Shown: piece by piece, positions 1 through 11,543 of the stretch
Layout: each line of letters starts with the position of its first letter
Position numbering within the stretch: position 1 is the stretch's first letter
Assembly (NCBI GenBank): GCA_964247055.1
Contig: OZ176054.1
Location: forward strand, 7,874,001 to 7,938,000
Direction: 5' to 3'
DNA from: Paragordius varius
Taxonomy: Eukaryota > Animalia > Nematomorpha
DNA length: 64,000 nucleotides
Notes under the pieces: model-generated
The model's database searches: none
Seen by the model: the letters and a program-made list of their open reading frames with translations, nothing else
What the model was told of the DNA's origin: nothing
Program-made: the position numbers and the translations under genes

Positions 1-2466
1 CAGTGCATCCATAGCCTTTATGGCATCTTGAACATTGCAATGTTTCTGTACACTTTCTTCGTTGACTCTCATGAATGGATTAATTTCCTTTTCAAGACCA
101 ATGGTTGAAGGAACAGTCGGTTCCTGTTCCCCCCTTAATTTTTTGTACGTCGATAATTGTTTCACAATCATTTCATTGTGTGGTTCAACATGCAAACCAT
201 ACTTTAAATTACTTACCGAATATTCATGTCCACAAAACACTTGCTATAAAAATATAAAGAATATAAATGTATATCGATTAATAAAATAATTGAATTATAT
301 TGGAAAATGATTTTAAAATAATAATATTTAAATAGGAGAGTTGATTTAAAAGGGGCATTGGGATAACTAAATAAAAACAAAGTAAAAACACACACTTATA
401 GTGTGGTTAATTGTTATACTTTTCGAAAATTATGAGGGATCCTAAACACTTAAGATTTATAAAATATATTACCAATTATTAAATTACAGTCAGAAAAAGT
501 AAGCATTCATTTGAAAAGTGTTCCACTTTTTTAAAAATTGCACATATAATCTTGTAAAAATTTAAAATTATTACAGCTTTTATCTTTTTAAAAAAATATT
601 ATACAAATACTGTTTTATCGGGCAGTTTACCCAAAACTTCAACAAGCGCTTTATACATCTGTTGTGCTGTTCCTTCAAAAAAGCGTCCACAACCACCGAT
701 AAAAAGTGTATCACCTACATATATATTAAAATGCTTTTAATCTTTGAATGATATAACTAACCATAGAAAATATGGTACTGGAATGATAAACTTGATTTAA
801 CAAATCATAGTCCTAATATTTTCATTATATTAAAAATTGTGAAATAAGTTTCAGGGCTTTAAACTAAACAAAAAGGGATCAAGTTGTTATATAAACTGGT
901 TACCGCTTTAAAACTAATTTGTGTTGCGTAAAAAATCGTCTCAATAAACATCATAATACGAATATATTATACATCTGCAAAGTCTTATTATCTGCTTAAA
1001 TAAAATCATTTGCAAATACAAAAAAGATGAGAAATGTATACCAGTGAAAACAGAGGGTGTTGAGCCATCTTTTAAGTAATAACAAATGTGGCCCGAAGTG
1101 TGACAAGGTGTGAAAAGGCATTCAAATTCCAATTTATCCAAATGCAATTTGTCACCTTGCTTGACTTTATCCGTTAGCTGGTTTACTCGATCATCTCCAC
1201 CATAAATTTTTGCATTGGGATATAACTTAATCATTTCATCATTTCCACCGGCGTGATCCCTATAAATATATAGATGTATATCTAGTGTGTACATTTATAT
1301 GGTAGCCAATTAATACTATTGTTGGCAATACAGTAGCGTGTGTTATTAAACAAATTTTATTCATAATCAAAAACAAATTTAAGTTGTAAAGAGGGAAGCA
1401 ATTAATTGTTTGATTCCGAACGTTTATTATATTTTAGCCATATGTTACTGTATTGCCAATTAGCAAATATGAATGTGCATACTGTATTTATTATCTATAT
1501 ATAAATATATAAAACAGTTAAGGCCCCCCTCTCATATTAATCCCGGTTGGAAATAAATATAATATGAGATAATGCGCGCCTCATGACCATATTTGGGCTA
1601 ACAAACAAATTTTTTTTGCTTATTTTATAATTAATATTTATTTTTTAATAACTATACGAATATATATGTATAAATATATATATATATATACTATTGTTTA
1701 ATTTTTTATTTTTTATTAGCTTATTCTAGTAAAAAAGGTATCCATTTAAAAAAAGTTATAACTCAACAAAAATCAAAAAAGTGCCATAAGCAAAATCTAA
1801 TTACTTAATAAACGCCGTTTATTTTAAAAAGCGTATCAGTAGGTCATTATAGAAGGGGTCCACTTGAATAAAATTTGTATTTGGAATAGAATATATTTTT
1901 TGTTTTACTATATTTTCAATTTTTTCGTGTTTCTTAGGCAAAATTTGATTTAACTCTTAAATAAAATAGGTTAAAAATATTTAAAAAAATACTATTAAGC
2001 CAAACTTTGCTATTAATTTGTGCAAACATTTAAGTCTTTTTTATCTAAATCTCATAGGTATTATTTTATTATGATGGTTCAAAATTCTATTATAAATTTA
2101 TGATTTTACATACCCTGAGCTTAAACAAAAAACTCGAGTAACTTAAAATAAACTGTAACCAATGGTGGTGAGTTGTTAATATTCCAGATAATTTTAGTTT
2201 TCTGTCATTTAGTGTGGCTTGAACCAATGTAGGATCTACAGGATCCACAACGAACGCGTTGTGTGAATCATTCGGGTTTATAATATACATAAAATTATCC
2301 TCCAAAGCAGGGAGCACTTGAACAGAATATTGATCATAATTAAATATTTTTAGATTAGAGTGTTTCATCCTGAGGAATTTACCTAATATAATTTTAATGC
2401 AATATATTTACTAAATTTGTATCGAATGTAGAGATTAACCAAATTGGAGGCCAAATATTTGTGCAT
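1..2466 (-). CDS. HAGH: Hydroxyacylglutathione hydrolase (glyoxalase II); multi-exon, C-terminus runs off the window start
   Basis: Spliced translation gives [17 protein letters not shown]|[36 protein letters not shown] and [19 protein letters not shown]. An in-frame upstream ATG at 2466 joins via a 31-nt intron to the second ATG at 2368. Confidence 0.96.
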
Positions 2467-2497
2467 TCACTAAGTTAAATTTTTAAATTTTTTGACC

Positions 2498-2996
<499 letters not shown>

Positions 2997-3189
2997 TTTT
3001 ATTTTAAAATTTAGCCAAATCAAGAGATAACGATATCAAATGATATATCTAATGATAATACAGATGATATATCTATTATCAAAGAATCAATCACATTAGG
3101 TAAACTGTTATACACTAAAAACGCAATTGATATGATAATTATTACGATTAAATAAGCTATTTAATGTAGTTGTGTATTTTATTTAACCT

Positions 3190-4183
3190 TTAAGTTGGTT
3201 TGACCGGTTATGAATGGTTTTATCAACGTGATCGTGACCGATTATTAAACATAGTCAAAAACTTTCCAACGTATGTTTATCTTATTAACACTTCATGACC
3301 TTTTCACTTTTTTGTCAGGGATGACATATTGGAGTAGTGGTATATCCCAGAGCTGATTGTAAAACTACTGTTTTGAAGGTTGTTTTAGTTAATATTTAAA
3401 TATGAAACATTGTTCTCCTTAGATTAAAAAGCTTATATTTACAGTTTTGTGACTTCTATAGTTTAAAATTGGGACAGCTTCAAAATACGATTGATAACAA
3501 CTTATTTTTAAATAATAAACAAGTTTTTGCTGGTAAAATGAAACTTGAAAGTTAAGGTTAATTATTTACATTTTCGTACCATAATATACATTTATATGCC
3601 TATTGTATTAGCGATTTGAGAAAAATATAAAAAAATGGCTGCGAAAAAGTAATGAGGATTTTTTAATTTAACATTTTTAAAAATATTTTTTTATAAAGCA
3701 TGGCCTAGCTTAGCAGGCCCCTTAAATATTTTTTAAGATATTTAAATTTCAAATCCTTCTGCGATCCTAAGTTTCCCAAGAGGTCATGAAGTGTTAAAAT
3801 AAATATAAAGATGGTATAATCATTTGTTTTTTTTATAATCAATTATTTATCAAATAGTATTTTTGTATATTGATTTAACTAAAATAGTTAAATAATTCAT
3901 CTGAGATATTTAATTGATTGTCATATATTTACGAAACAATGGCTGACTATGAGATCAAACCAGTTTTAATAATGTATCAAAAACTTATTTAAATAAAAAA
4001 TGACCAATCAAATTTATTTGGAAATTGATATTAAATAACTCAGAAAAAATCATAATTTATAATTTAAGTCAAATTTAAGATATACCATCATTTTATATAA
4101 TTATATTACGTAAACATGGTAAAATTTGACTGATTAGTAAAACAAGCTGTCACGATCATGAATTCCGGTCAAATCCAAACCCT
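3190..4183. mobile_element. Degenerate hAT-like element (TAGGGTT-type end), interrupted by a piggyBac MITE
   Basis: The right end reads TAGGGTTTGGATTTGACCGG on the minus strand, similar to the TAGGGTTGTG family at 25148 and 33990. The left side has the inverted TTTGACCGG..TGATCGTGAC motifs. No TSD is recognisable. Confidence 0.35.
3289..3793 (+). mobile_element. piggyBac-type MITE, family C
   Basis: Perfect 12-bp TIR CACTTCATGACC / GGTCATGAAGTG flanked by TTAA on both sides (3285-88, 3794-97). The internal sequence is shared with 41496-41988. Confidence 0.9.
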
Positions 4184-5458
4184 AAAAATTTTTCAAAATT
4201 TATGTAATTTTCTTATTCATGGAAAGATATGGATGTCAAAAATAATTTTTTTTATGTCTATGTTTTCCCATTAAATATTTAATCAAGAGGGCCTGTCAAA
4301 AAAATTGAATTTTTGATCTATCTAAAATATTTAATACATTTTTGTGTTTTTACTGTATATTAAATGACCTTAGAGAAATTAGAAAATGAAGATAACAAAT
4401 CAAAACAACCAAAACGGTATATATATATATTATATATTTATTTATAAAATTGTTAATGAAATTTAGAAAAGGCCAAGATTTTTTAAAATACAATCGTTTA
4501 TGAAGAAATAATACAAATGTGGAAAATCCTATTTTATGAATCAAATGGTTATTTAGGCAGATTTCTAAATTTTTATAGTTTGTACTTAATTTTTTTTATT
4601 TATATAAATGCTCGATTTAAAATAAGCGTTGACTGTATTTCGTTTTTTTTATTTGTAATCTTGATTACACAACGTTTTAATAGTATTCATCTTGTAAATT
4701 TTAATAAACAAATTTTATATTATTGTTTTAAATTTTAACATTAATATAGAAATTGTTTTATAATATATCAATAATAAACTTTTAATGTATGGCTATTTTA
4801 GAATAAAAAAAACGTGACAAATGAAAAGGCAAAACAAATGTTTACATGGCAAGGAAAATTAAACTGAATATTGAGATTTGAAATTGGCTTCAATTTTGCG
4901 CATTTATTTTATTCTTTCGAAAAAATGAAATTATTATATTTAAGTATTGTAATAAATACAATATGTGCTTTGAAAAACATGTCAAAATTTATCCTGATGG
5001 ATGGTAAGGGTTTAAATTTATAAATAATATATTACATTTCATTATTAATTAAATACTGGTACATACCCTTAAATGTTTACATTAATGTATGATGTAGAAC
5101 CAAGAACGGTTGTAATTTAAATATTTTCGTATACTTTATTGATTTTTTGTGAACGAACCAAATTATACTATTCGCCCCTGCATTAGGATCAAAGTGTGGG
5201 AATCGATATATAGTAATAATTGATAAAATTTTACTTGACTTTTAATTTTATATTGATAAAATGGAGATACCGTTATTGTATTAGTACTCATGTTTTATGA
5301 TGTAAAATAATAAAAATTGCCCATTTTTTAAATTTCCAGAAATATATACGTGTTTTATAAAATATATATTAGTGTACGAATCTTAGAACGCGTAAAATCA
5401 TCAGTGTGGAAAAAAAGATAACTTTAGAGTACTTTTTTAAAAATTTATTCTTTTAGAC

Positions 5459-5522
5459 TAGTGATACTCAAACCGCTGCCTAAAGGCCACATGCGGCAAA
5501 AGTTCTTTTTATGGCCATGAAC
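5459..5522 (+). mobile_element. Left end of a hAT (Charlie/Buster-type) MITE, relic
   Basis: TAGTGATACTCAAACCGC..GGCCACATGCGGC resembles the end at 17292 and Charlie/Buster-type termini. No matching right end or TSD was found. Confidence 0.45.
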
Positions 5523-7324
5523 TTAATAGATTATTCAATAAATATAATTCAGAAATTTTAACTGATTTCGATATTTTTTAGTATTTAAAAATATACGTTT
5601 GATTAAGTAATTTCCTTGTTAGAGATTGTTATTTTATGAGAATTTCTAGCTTCTTATATAAAGCTTATATTACGGTTTAGATCATATGCATCTTGTTAAT
5701 AAATTCATTAATGGAAATCGCAAAGGACGAAGGTATATCGAGGTTAAGTAAGATGTGCCAAATAGTTAAGTATAAAATGGGCTAAGTCACCATTATCGTT
5801 TTAATTTACATCAGGACATATTTTAAAACGGAATATGTTGAAAGACAGGATATTTGACATTAGATTGGCCTGTTATGGTAAACTGATTTCTCAAAAATTA
5901 TTAGTTAATAATGAAAACGTCCATTTTTTAGATTATGTCATTATCAAAAATTTGTGTATAACCCGCAAAAAAACTCGGTGATATTTACTTTATAAGCATC
6001 TGCTAATGAGACAATGCAATATTTGTCACTGTTAGTTACATTGTTGCCCTTGAGAGAGAAAAATTATTTTATTCGACCCATCAAAATTTTTTGGTTAATA
6101 CCATTTTCCTCTTCAAATGTCATTTAGATGATCGAATTATTCTAAATTCTCGACTTCATATATTTTTAAATTTTTCTATTAATAGAACTCAAAATCCTAC
6201 AAAATTTGTTTGAATTGATGTGAATCATCTTTTTAATTACCTTTAACGTAACCCTTTAAGGATATATTCGGCTAACAAAAATGAAAATTAAAATATTACA
6301 AAAAATATACGCGTTTTGGATGTATTTAAAACCCGTTTATTAATAATTATGCATTTCAGATTGTTAATAATTTTACACGTAAGGAGCCCCTATAAGTAAT
6401 ATTTATGGTTAAGGGTGCGCAAAAATATATTTTGTATTATTCGTTAAAAAACAACTAAAATATATTACAAAATAATTTATTATTTGATATTAGCCGATAT
6501 TGAAATATATTCGCGCAATATAAATGTGACTATATTTGGTGTCAATCAAAAAATTTTTACAACTAGCTGTCTTGCGGATTTCAGATTTTTCTAATAATTT
6601 TTTTAATTTTTATTAAATATTTTTGAGAAATTTGAATAACCACTATTCAAGAATTTATCCAAAGGTAAAAAGTGAAGCTCAAAATTAACCAGCGCATAAT
6701 CCTATTTAGATAAAGGTTTGGAACAATTTGAGTGGCAAATACGAAAAAAAATTGGGCAATAAAAAGTTTTTTTAAATATCCAACAAAATAAATCGACCGA
6801 AAATCTAATCTCGCATTTCTTTTCATTGGAAAGAGGGGGACGCAAGAATTTTTTTCGATTGGGTGGGGCGTGAATAAAAAAGGAAGGAAACCAGTGCCCT
6901 AGAACGTAGTAAGTTAAAACTATGATAGTACCTATAAAATACCAACTTTAAAATTTGTTGAAGGAAAAATTATTTGATATAACTCTTTCTTAATCATGAA
7001 TATTAATCATGTGTTTGTATCGTCATAAATTATGACTGTAATAAAAGTTAATTACTATGAATTTATGTGAAATTTTATTTTTATATAATAATTTCAAAAC
7101 ATAAATTAACATTTGTAGTTTTCACTAATTTGTCAATTACGTGGATGACTTAATTAAGTGGATAGACAGGTATTTTTATCGCCTAACGATCAATCAGTTG
7201 CCTTTGACAACTTAAAATTGTGTCATTTTAACAAATAGGGTTATTTAATTAATTTAAACTTTATTATTATCTATAACCAAAAGGTAAAATTTTTTAAGTT
7301 CATATCTGTGTAATATTTTATTAG

Positions 7325-9650
7325 ATCCTAATTTGCGACATGATATAATTGGTGGTATACAAGTGTCAAAGATCAAATACCCCTTTATCGTCAGTATTCG
7401 AGAAAATGGTAAATTTATATGTGCTGGAGTTATTCTAAATTCACGAACAATTTTATCAGCTGCTCATTGCATTAAACCATGGTATTAAATAATTCAAGTG
7501 GATAATTTAGATAAATTTTATGCAGCCAATATTTAGATTTTTTCACTTGACAAAATAATTTAGATATTATAAAAAAATTTTAGAGATCGTTTTGGTATTT
7601 AGGGCCTCGCCAAAAATTTACACAATTCATGCAGGACGAAATAAAAAATATGGTGTTGAACCAGGTGAACTAACCATAAACGTCAATAAAATTATTATTC
7701 ACCCTAAATTTGTCAGAGAGGATAATTTCACGCTGGGCCTCATTAAGTTTGACAATGATTTAGCAATTATTCGGTTAGCTAAGCCAATACTACTAAATAA
7801 TCATATAAAATCTATAATATTACCATCTAACTACGATAAAATAGGAATTGGAGACTTTTGTTGCGTTGCTGGATGGGGTGAAACATTAGGTATCTATTTA
7901 TATAAACTGGTTTCCTTTATAGTAATAGGTACTTTAAAACAGGGGGTGTTCAACACAAATGTTTCGAAGGCCGCATTTTTGATTCAAAAAACCCGGAGAA
8001 CCGCTTCGAAATATATCATTCATAAGAAATTTTTTAGATTCCAAACATGAAACTATAAAATGCAAACACAATATAGCCATTTTATCTAGTTGTTGCTGAT
8101 TGAATGGAATTATTTAAAAAATTGTTTAGGAAATATCAATCTTTTAAGATTTTGTGAGCCTTATTTTATAATTTATGGGTTTTCAAATTTTTCGCGGTTC
8201 GCACATAAAGTTTCGCAGTGCCGTGTGTTGGCCACCCCCGCTTTAAAAGTTAGGTTTTTACGCACAAAAATTAATGCAATAAATAAAAATATAATTTTGC
8301 AGGACTTTTAGAGGCTAACATTTATTGGTATATAAAAATAAATTGATGTGCATTTGATTAAGAAAGCTATGTGTCGAAATTTGTGAATATTTTAGATAAG
8401 GAGGTTCAAACAATGATTTATATTTTAAAGGGATTATGCTGATATCTCTGTCCATGATTCAAATAATTTGAACATTGACATTGTTTAAATTTGATTTTTA
8501 TTAATCTCAGATAAAAATATAGTAAATTCACAATTCTAAATTTATATGGCCATTAATTTAGGCAAAAATATTTTTCAGTTGTTTAATTGCTTTCCCCATA
8601 TTAAATTGTGCCGTTTTTTCTATGGTACAATTTCAAATGTAGTTTGAACTTTTCCGACTGATAATATGCCACATTATGATCAAATAGTTTTGATAGAATA
8701 TGCAATCTTTTATTAATAGTTTTGATAGAATATGCAATCTTTTATTAATATATGAAATAATCTAATTTCGATTGTCCTATTTTCTCCGACTATTTCTCTC
8801 TTGAAATATTTGATAGGAATTGTTTTTTAAAGTCCACATACAACATATAAAATGAGGTTCTTTGATATTAAAATTTTGCGATTATTCAACTAAACCCAAG
8901 TTGTAAATTGCATTATTTGGGAAATAGTTACACAAAAATTTCCAAGCATTCAAATTGGATATGCCATGTAATGCACTAAATAATTTAAAATCCAAAAATC
9001 AGAACAATTATATATTTATAATATATTCGTCTTTATTTAAAAGCATCATTATTTGATGTTTTAATGGATTTCCAGTATGGGTAAGTTATTGCTAATTTTT
9101 CATTAAAATTGCCAAATAGCATAAAAATAATAGTCAAAAGCGAAAACAAAATAAGTATAAGTTAATTTTAATGCCTTTTGCTTGATAAAATATTTGGCAA
9201 TAATATATGCGAAACTAGCAATGTATACATACTCATTCTGTAAAATATTAGGTCATGGAGACAATAACGAACTAAACGAAATTTGTATTCCTATATGGGA
9301 CTCCCAAAAATGCAATCAAACACAAGTTTATAATGGACGCATAACTAAAAATATGATATGTGCCGGAGAAGAAACGGGCGCTATTGATGCTTGTACAGTG
9401 AGTTAGCGAAAAAAACTTTTATAAAAATTAAATTTTTCTTCTTGTTTTTGGCTAAAAAGAATAAGATTTTTTTAAACAATTTTTTATATTCACTTAGGGT
9501 GATTCAGGAGGGCCCCTTTTGTGTTATGTGAACAAAGTTCCTAGGTTATGGGGTTTGGTATCCTGGGGTAAGAAATGTGCAGAAAGCAACAAGCCTGGAG
9601 TTTATGCAAAGATTTTGCCCCATACATCATGGATAAAGAAGCAAATTTGA
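7325..9650 (+). CDS. Trypsin-like (S1A) serine protease; 5' signal-peptide exon not located
   Basis: Activation site RHD|IIGG, catalytic triad SAAHC / DNDLAIIRL / GDSGGP, S1 Asp in IDAC, and VSWG..C..PGVYAKI. Four exons start at 7325, 7603, ~9252 and ~9499; TGA ends at 9650. Confidence 0.93.
7940..8240. mobile_element. hAT (Buster/Charlie-type) MITE in a protease intron
   Basis: TIR CAGGGGGTGTTCAACAC / GTGTTGGCCACCCCCG with a perfect 8-bp TSD CTTTAAAA (7932-39, 8241-48), matching the nnnTAnnn pattern. Confidence 0.88.
8683..8750. repeat. Exact 32-bp tandem duplication
   Basis: AATAGTTTTGATAGAATATGCAATCTTTTATT occurs twice in tandem. Confidence 0.9.
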
Positions 9651-9875
9651 AGCAGCAGACCATCAAACGCATATTGATTTTTTTTCAACTAAAAGACCAT
9701 TTGATATCTAATTTTTTTTCACCTAGATCAATCATATTTCAATATAATCATCCTACAAGAAAATCTAAATTAATAAATGTGCATAATGCTATTAATTAAA
9801 TTCCAACCAAACCTATGTAATTATTACTGAATTAAATCTAGATATGAATAAAATCATCTAAAATTAATTGTTTAA

Positions 9876-10438
9876 CTCTTCGATTCAAATTGGGGTATCT
9901 ATTACCCCATACTGTATTTAAGTTTATATTTTTAAAAACTACTGAAAGAAATGGTCCTAATTTAAATTTATGCTTCTATCCTCCAAATTATGTAAATAAG
10001 CCAAAATATCTAAATAAAATTTGGTTTTGAAAAAAAAGTTTTATATCAAACTACTTTGACGCCATTTTTATTTAACAACATTTTTGCAAAATATCGTGTT
10101 TATTTGAGTTTAAAGTTAAAATGAAAGCAATTTTTTCATTTAAATCACATCTAACATTGATAGATAAAAAAATGGTTTATATTGTATTATTTTTAAATTT
10201 AGATAATGCACAGATTTCATGTTGACTAAATTTTTACCCTGAGGTTTTAGCTAAAAATATAATCTATTATCGAATAAATTTTTTTATATATTTCGATTCA
10301 TTAATGTTACAAATGTGCATTTTATTGCCATGGCTTCAATTTATTCCATATTTTTTGAATTATTTAATATCAGGCCTGGGGGATCTATCTACCCCAATTT
10401 GAATCGAAGGACTGAAATGAATGTGTTGTATCCAAGTG
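9876..10438 (+). mobile_element. piggyBac-type MITE, family A, full length (563 bp)
   Basis: TTAA|CTCTTCGATTCAAATTGGGG ... TACCCCAATTTGAATCG..TTGTATCCAAGTG|TTAA. Homologous throughout to 48656-49226. Confidence 0.9.
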
Positions 10439-10781
10439 TTAACATTAAAACAAAAAGTATTGCAGAGATCATCATTAGGATAATGGGCGTCCCTTCATTA
10501 TTTGCTAAAAGGTCAATAGGATAAATTTTAAGGGATGATTGCGTTTTTGCATGCAGCCGTAGAGGTGCATCTATTGTTAAATTTCTATTTCCAATTAAAG
10601 AACTAGAATCAAGCAAAACTAAGGTAATTAAAAAATAAACATCCCGGATACATGCGACAAATAATTCCCAAACAGATATCGTTAAAAATATTTTTTTAAA
10701 TATGTTCAAATAAGGTATCCATAAAATTTATTTGTTTCCATAATTTGTTCGTATAATATTGGTCATGTAAGTAAAAAATAA

Positions 10782-11463
10782 TTATTTAACAGATTTTTTT
10801 GATTGAATCTTGTTGGTGTCTTCCTTTAATTCTTGCGCTTGTTTACGTTGTTTTGCTCTTTTTTCCGTAGCAAAATTAAATTCTTTAACTTGCGTTACTA
10901 TAAAAAAATGTTATTATACTTTATTCAAAAATTATAAATAAAAACTATTTTACCTCTATTTAAACTTTTAACGCGTTCTTGTTGATGGCTAGTAGATATT
11001 TTAGCGCTAACCGTTCCTTTATTCGATAATCTACCCTTTTGTTTTAATGGCATTTGCAGATTTGAAACTTTGGGAGCTATACTTTTGTTTTCACCAATAC
11101 CTCTAATATTTTTTGTTTTAGTAGTTTTCAGATTAGGACTTTTCGGAATAGTTACGGATTTTTTAATTATTTCCATTTTGTTTTTATTATTGGTTTTGGG
11201 TGAAATTGTATTAGTTTTATTTGATGGTTTTAGTGGAATCCCCTTTTTAATTACTTCTAACCTTAAAGATTTTCTTCTATTTTATATATTAAATCAATAT
11301 GATTACTTTTGAGAAGAGTTCCCTTTTTTACTCAGTTCATTTATTTTATCTAAATTATTATAATCAGTTAACCAAAATATTCATCTCCTGATAGCATAGC
11401 ACTCTCATTGCCTAGCTCATAATAATGTTGAGGACCATTACATTCATCAAGTACGGTATTCAT
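10782..11463 (-). CDS. TPX2: TPX2-like microtubule-binding protein, about 200 aa in this model
   Basis: Three exons with introns of 23 nt and 56 nt (10898-10953) give an open 603-nt CDS. Motifs VTIPKSPNLKT and TQVKEFNFATEKRAKQR resemble TPX2 repeats and the C-terminal ATEKRAK motif. The 3' end is uncertain. Confidence 0.6.
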
Positions 11464-11543
11464 TTTACTCTGAAGTAAAGTTTAAAAAATGCGCGTCTGA
11501 AAAAAAACAGCCGTTTAATTTTACCTTATAGGGTCGGGTTCAC

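Noticed and set aside
1521-1861. PIF/Harbinger-like MITE in a HAGH intron (GGCCCCCTCTCATA / TATAGAAGGGGTCC)
   Set aside because: The inverted match is imperfect, with no TSD and no second copy in the window.
5459-6896. A single hAT element spanning the Charlie-like left end at 5459 and right end at ~6890
   Set aside because: The flanking 8-mers (TTTTAGAC, CCCTAGAA) do not match as a TSD.
10460-10540. Sec61-alpha/SecY fragment (YPIDLL..N..PIIL)
   Set aside because: Sec61-alpha is far more conserved than this match and no neighbouring exons resemble it.
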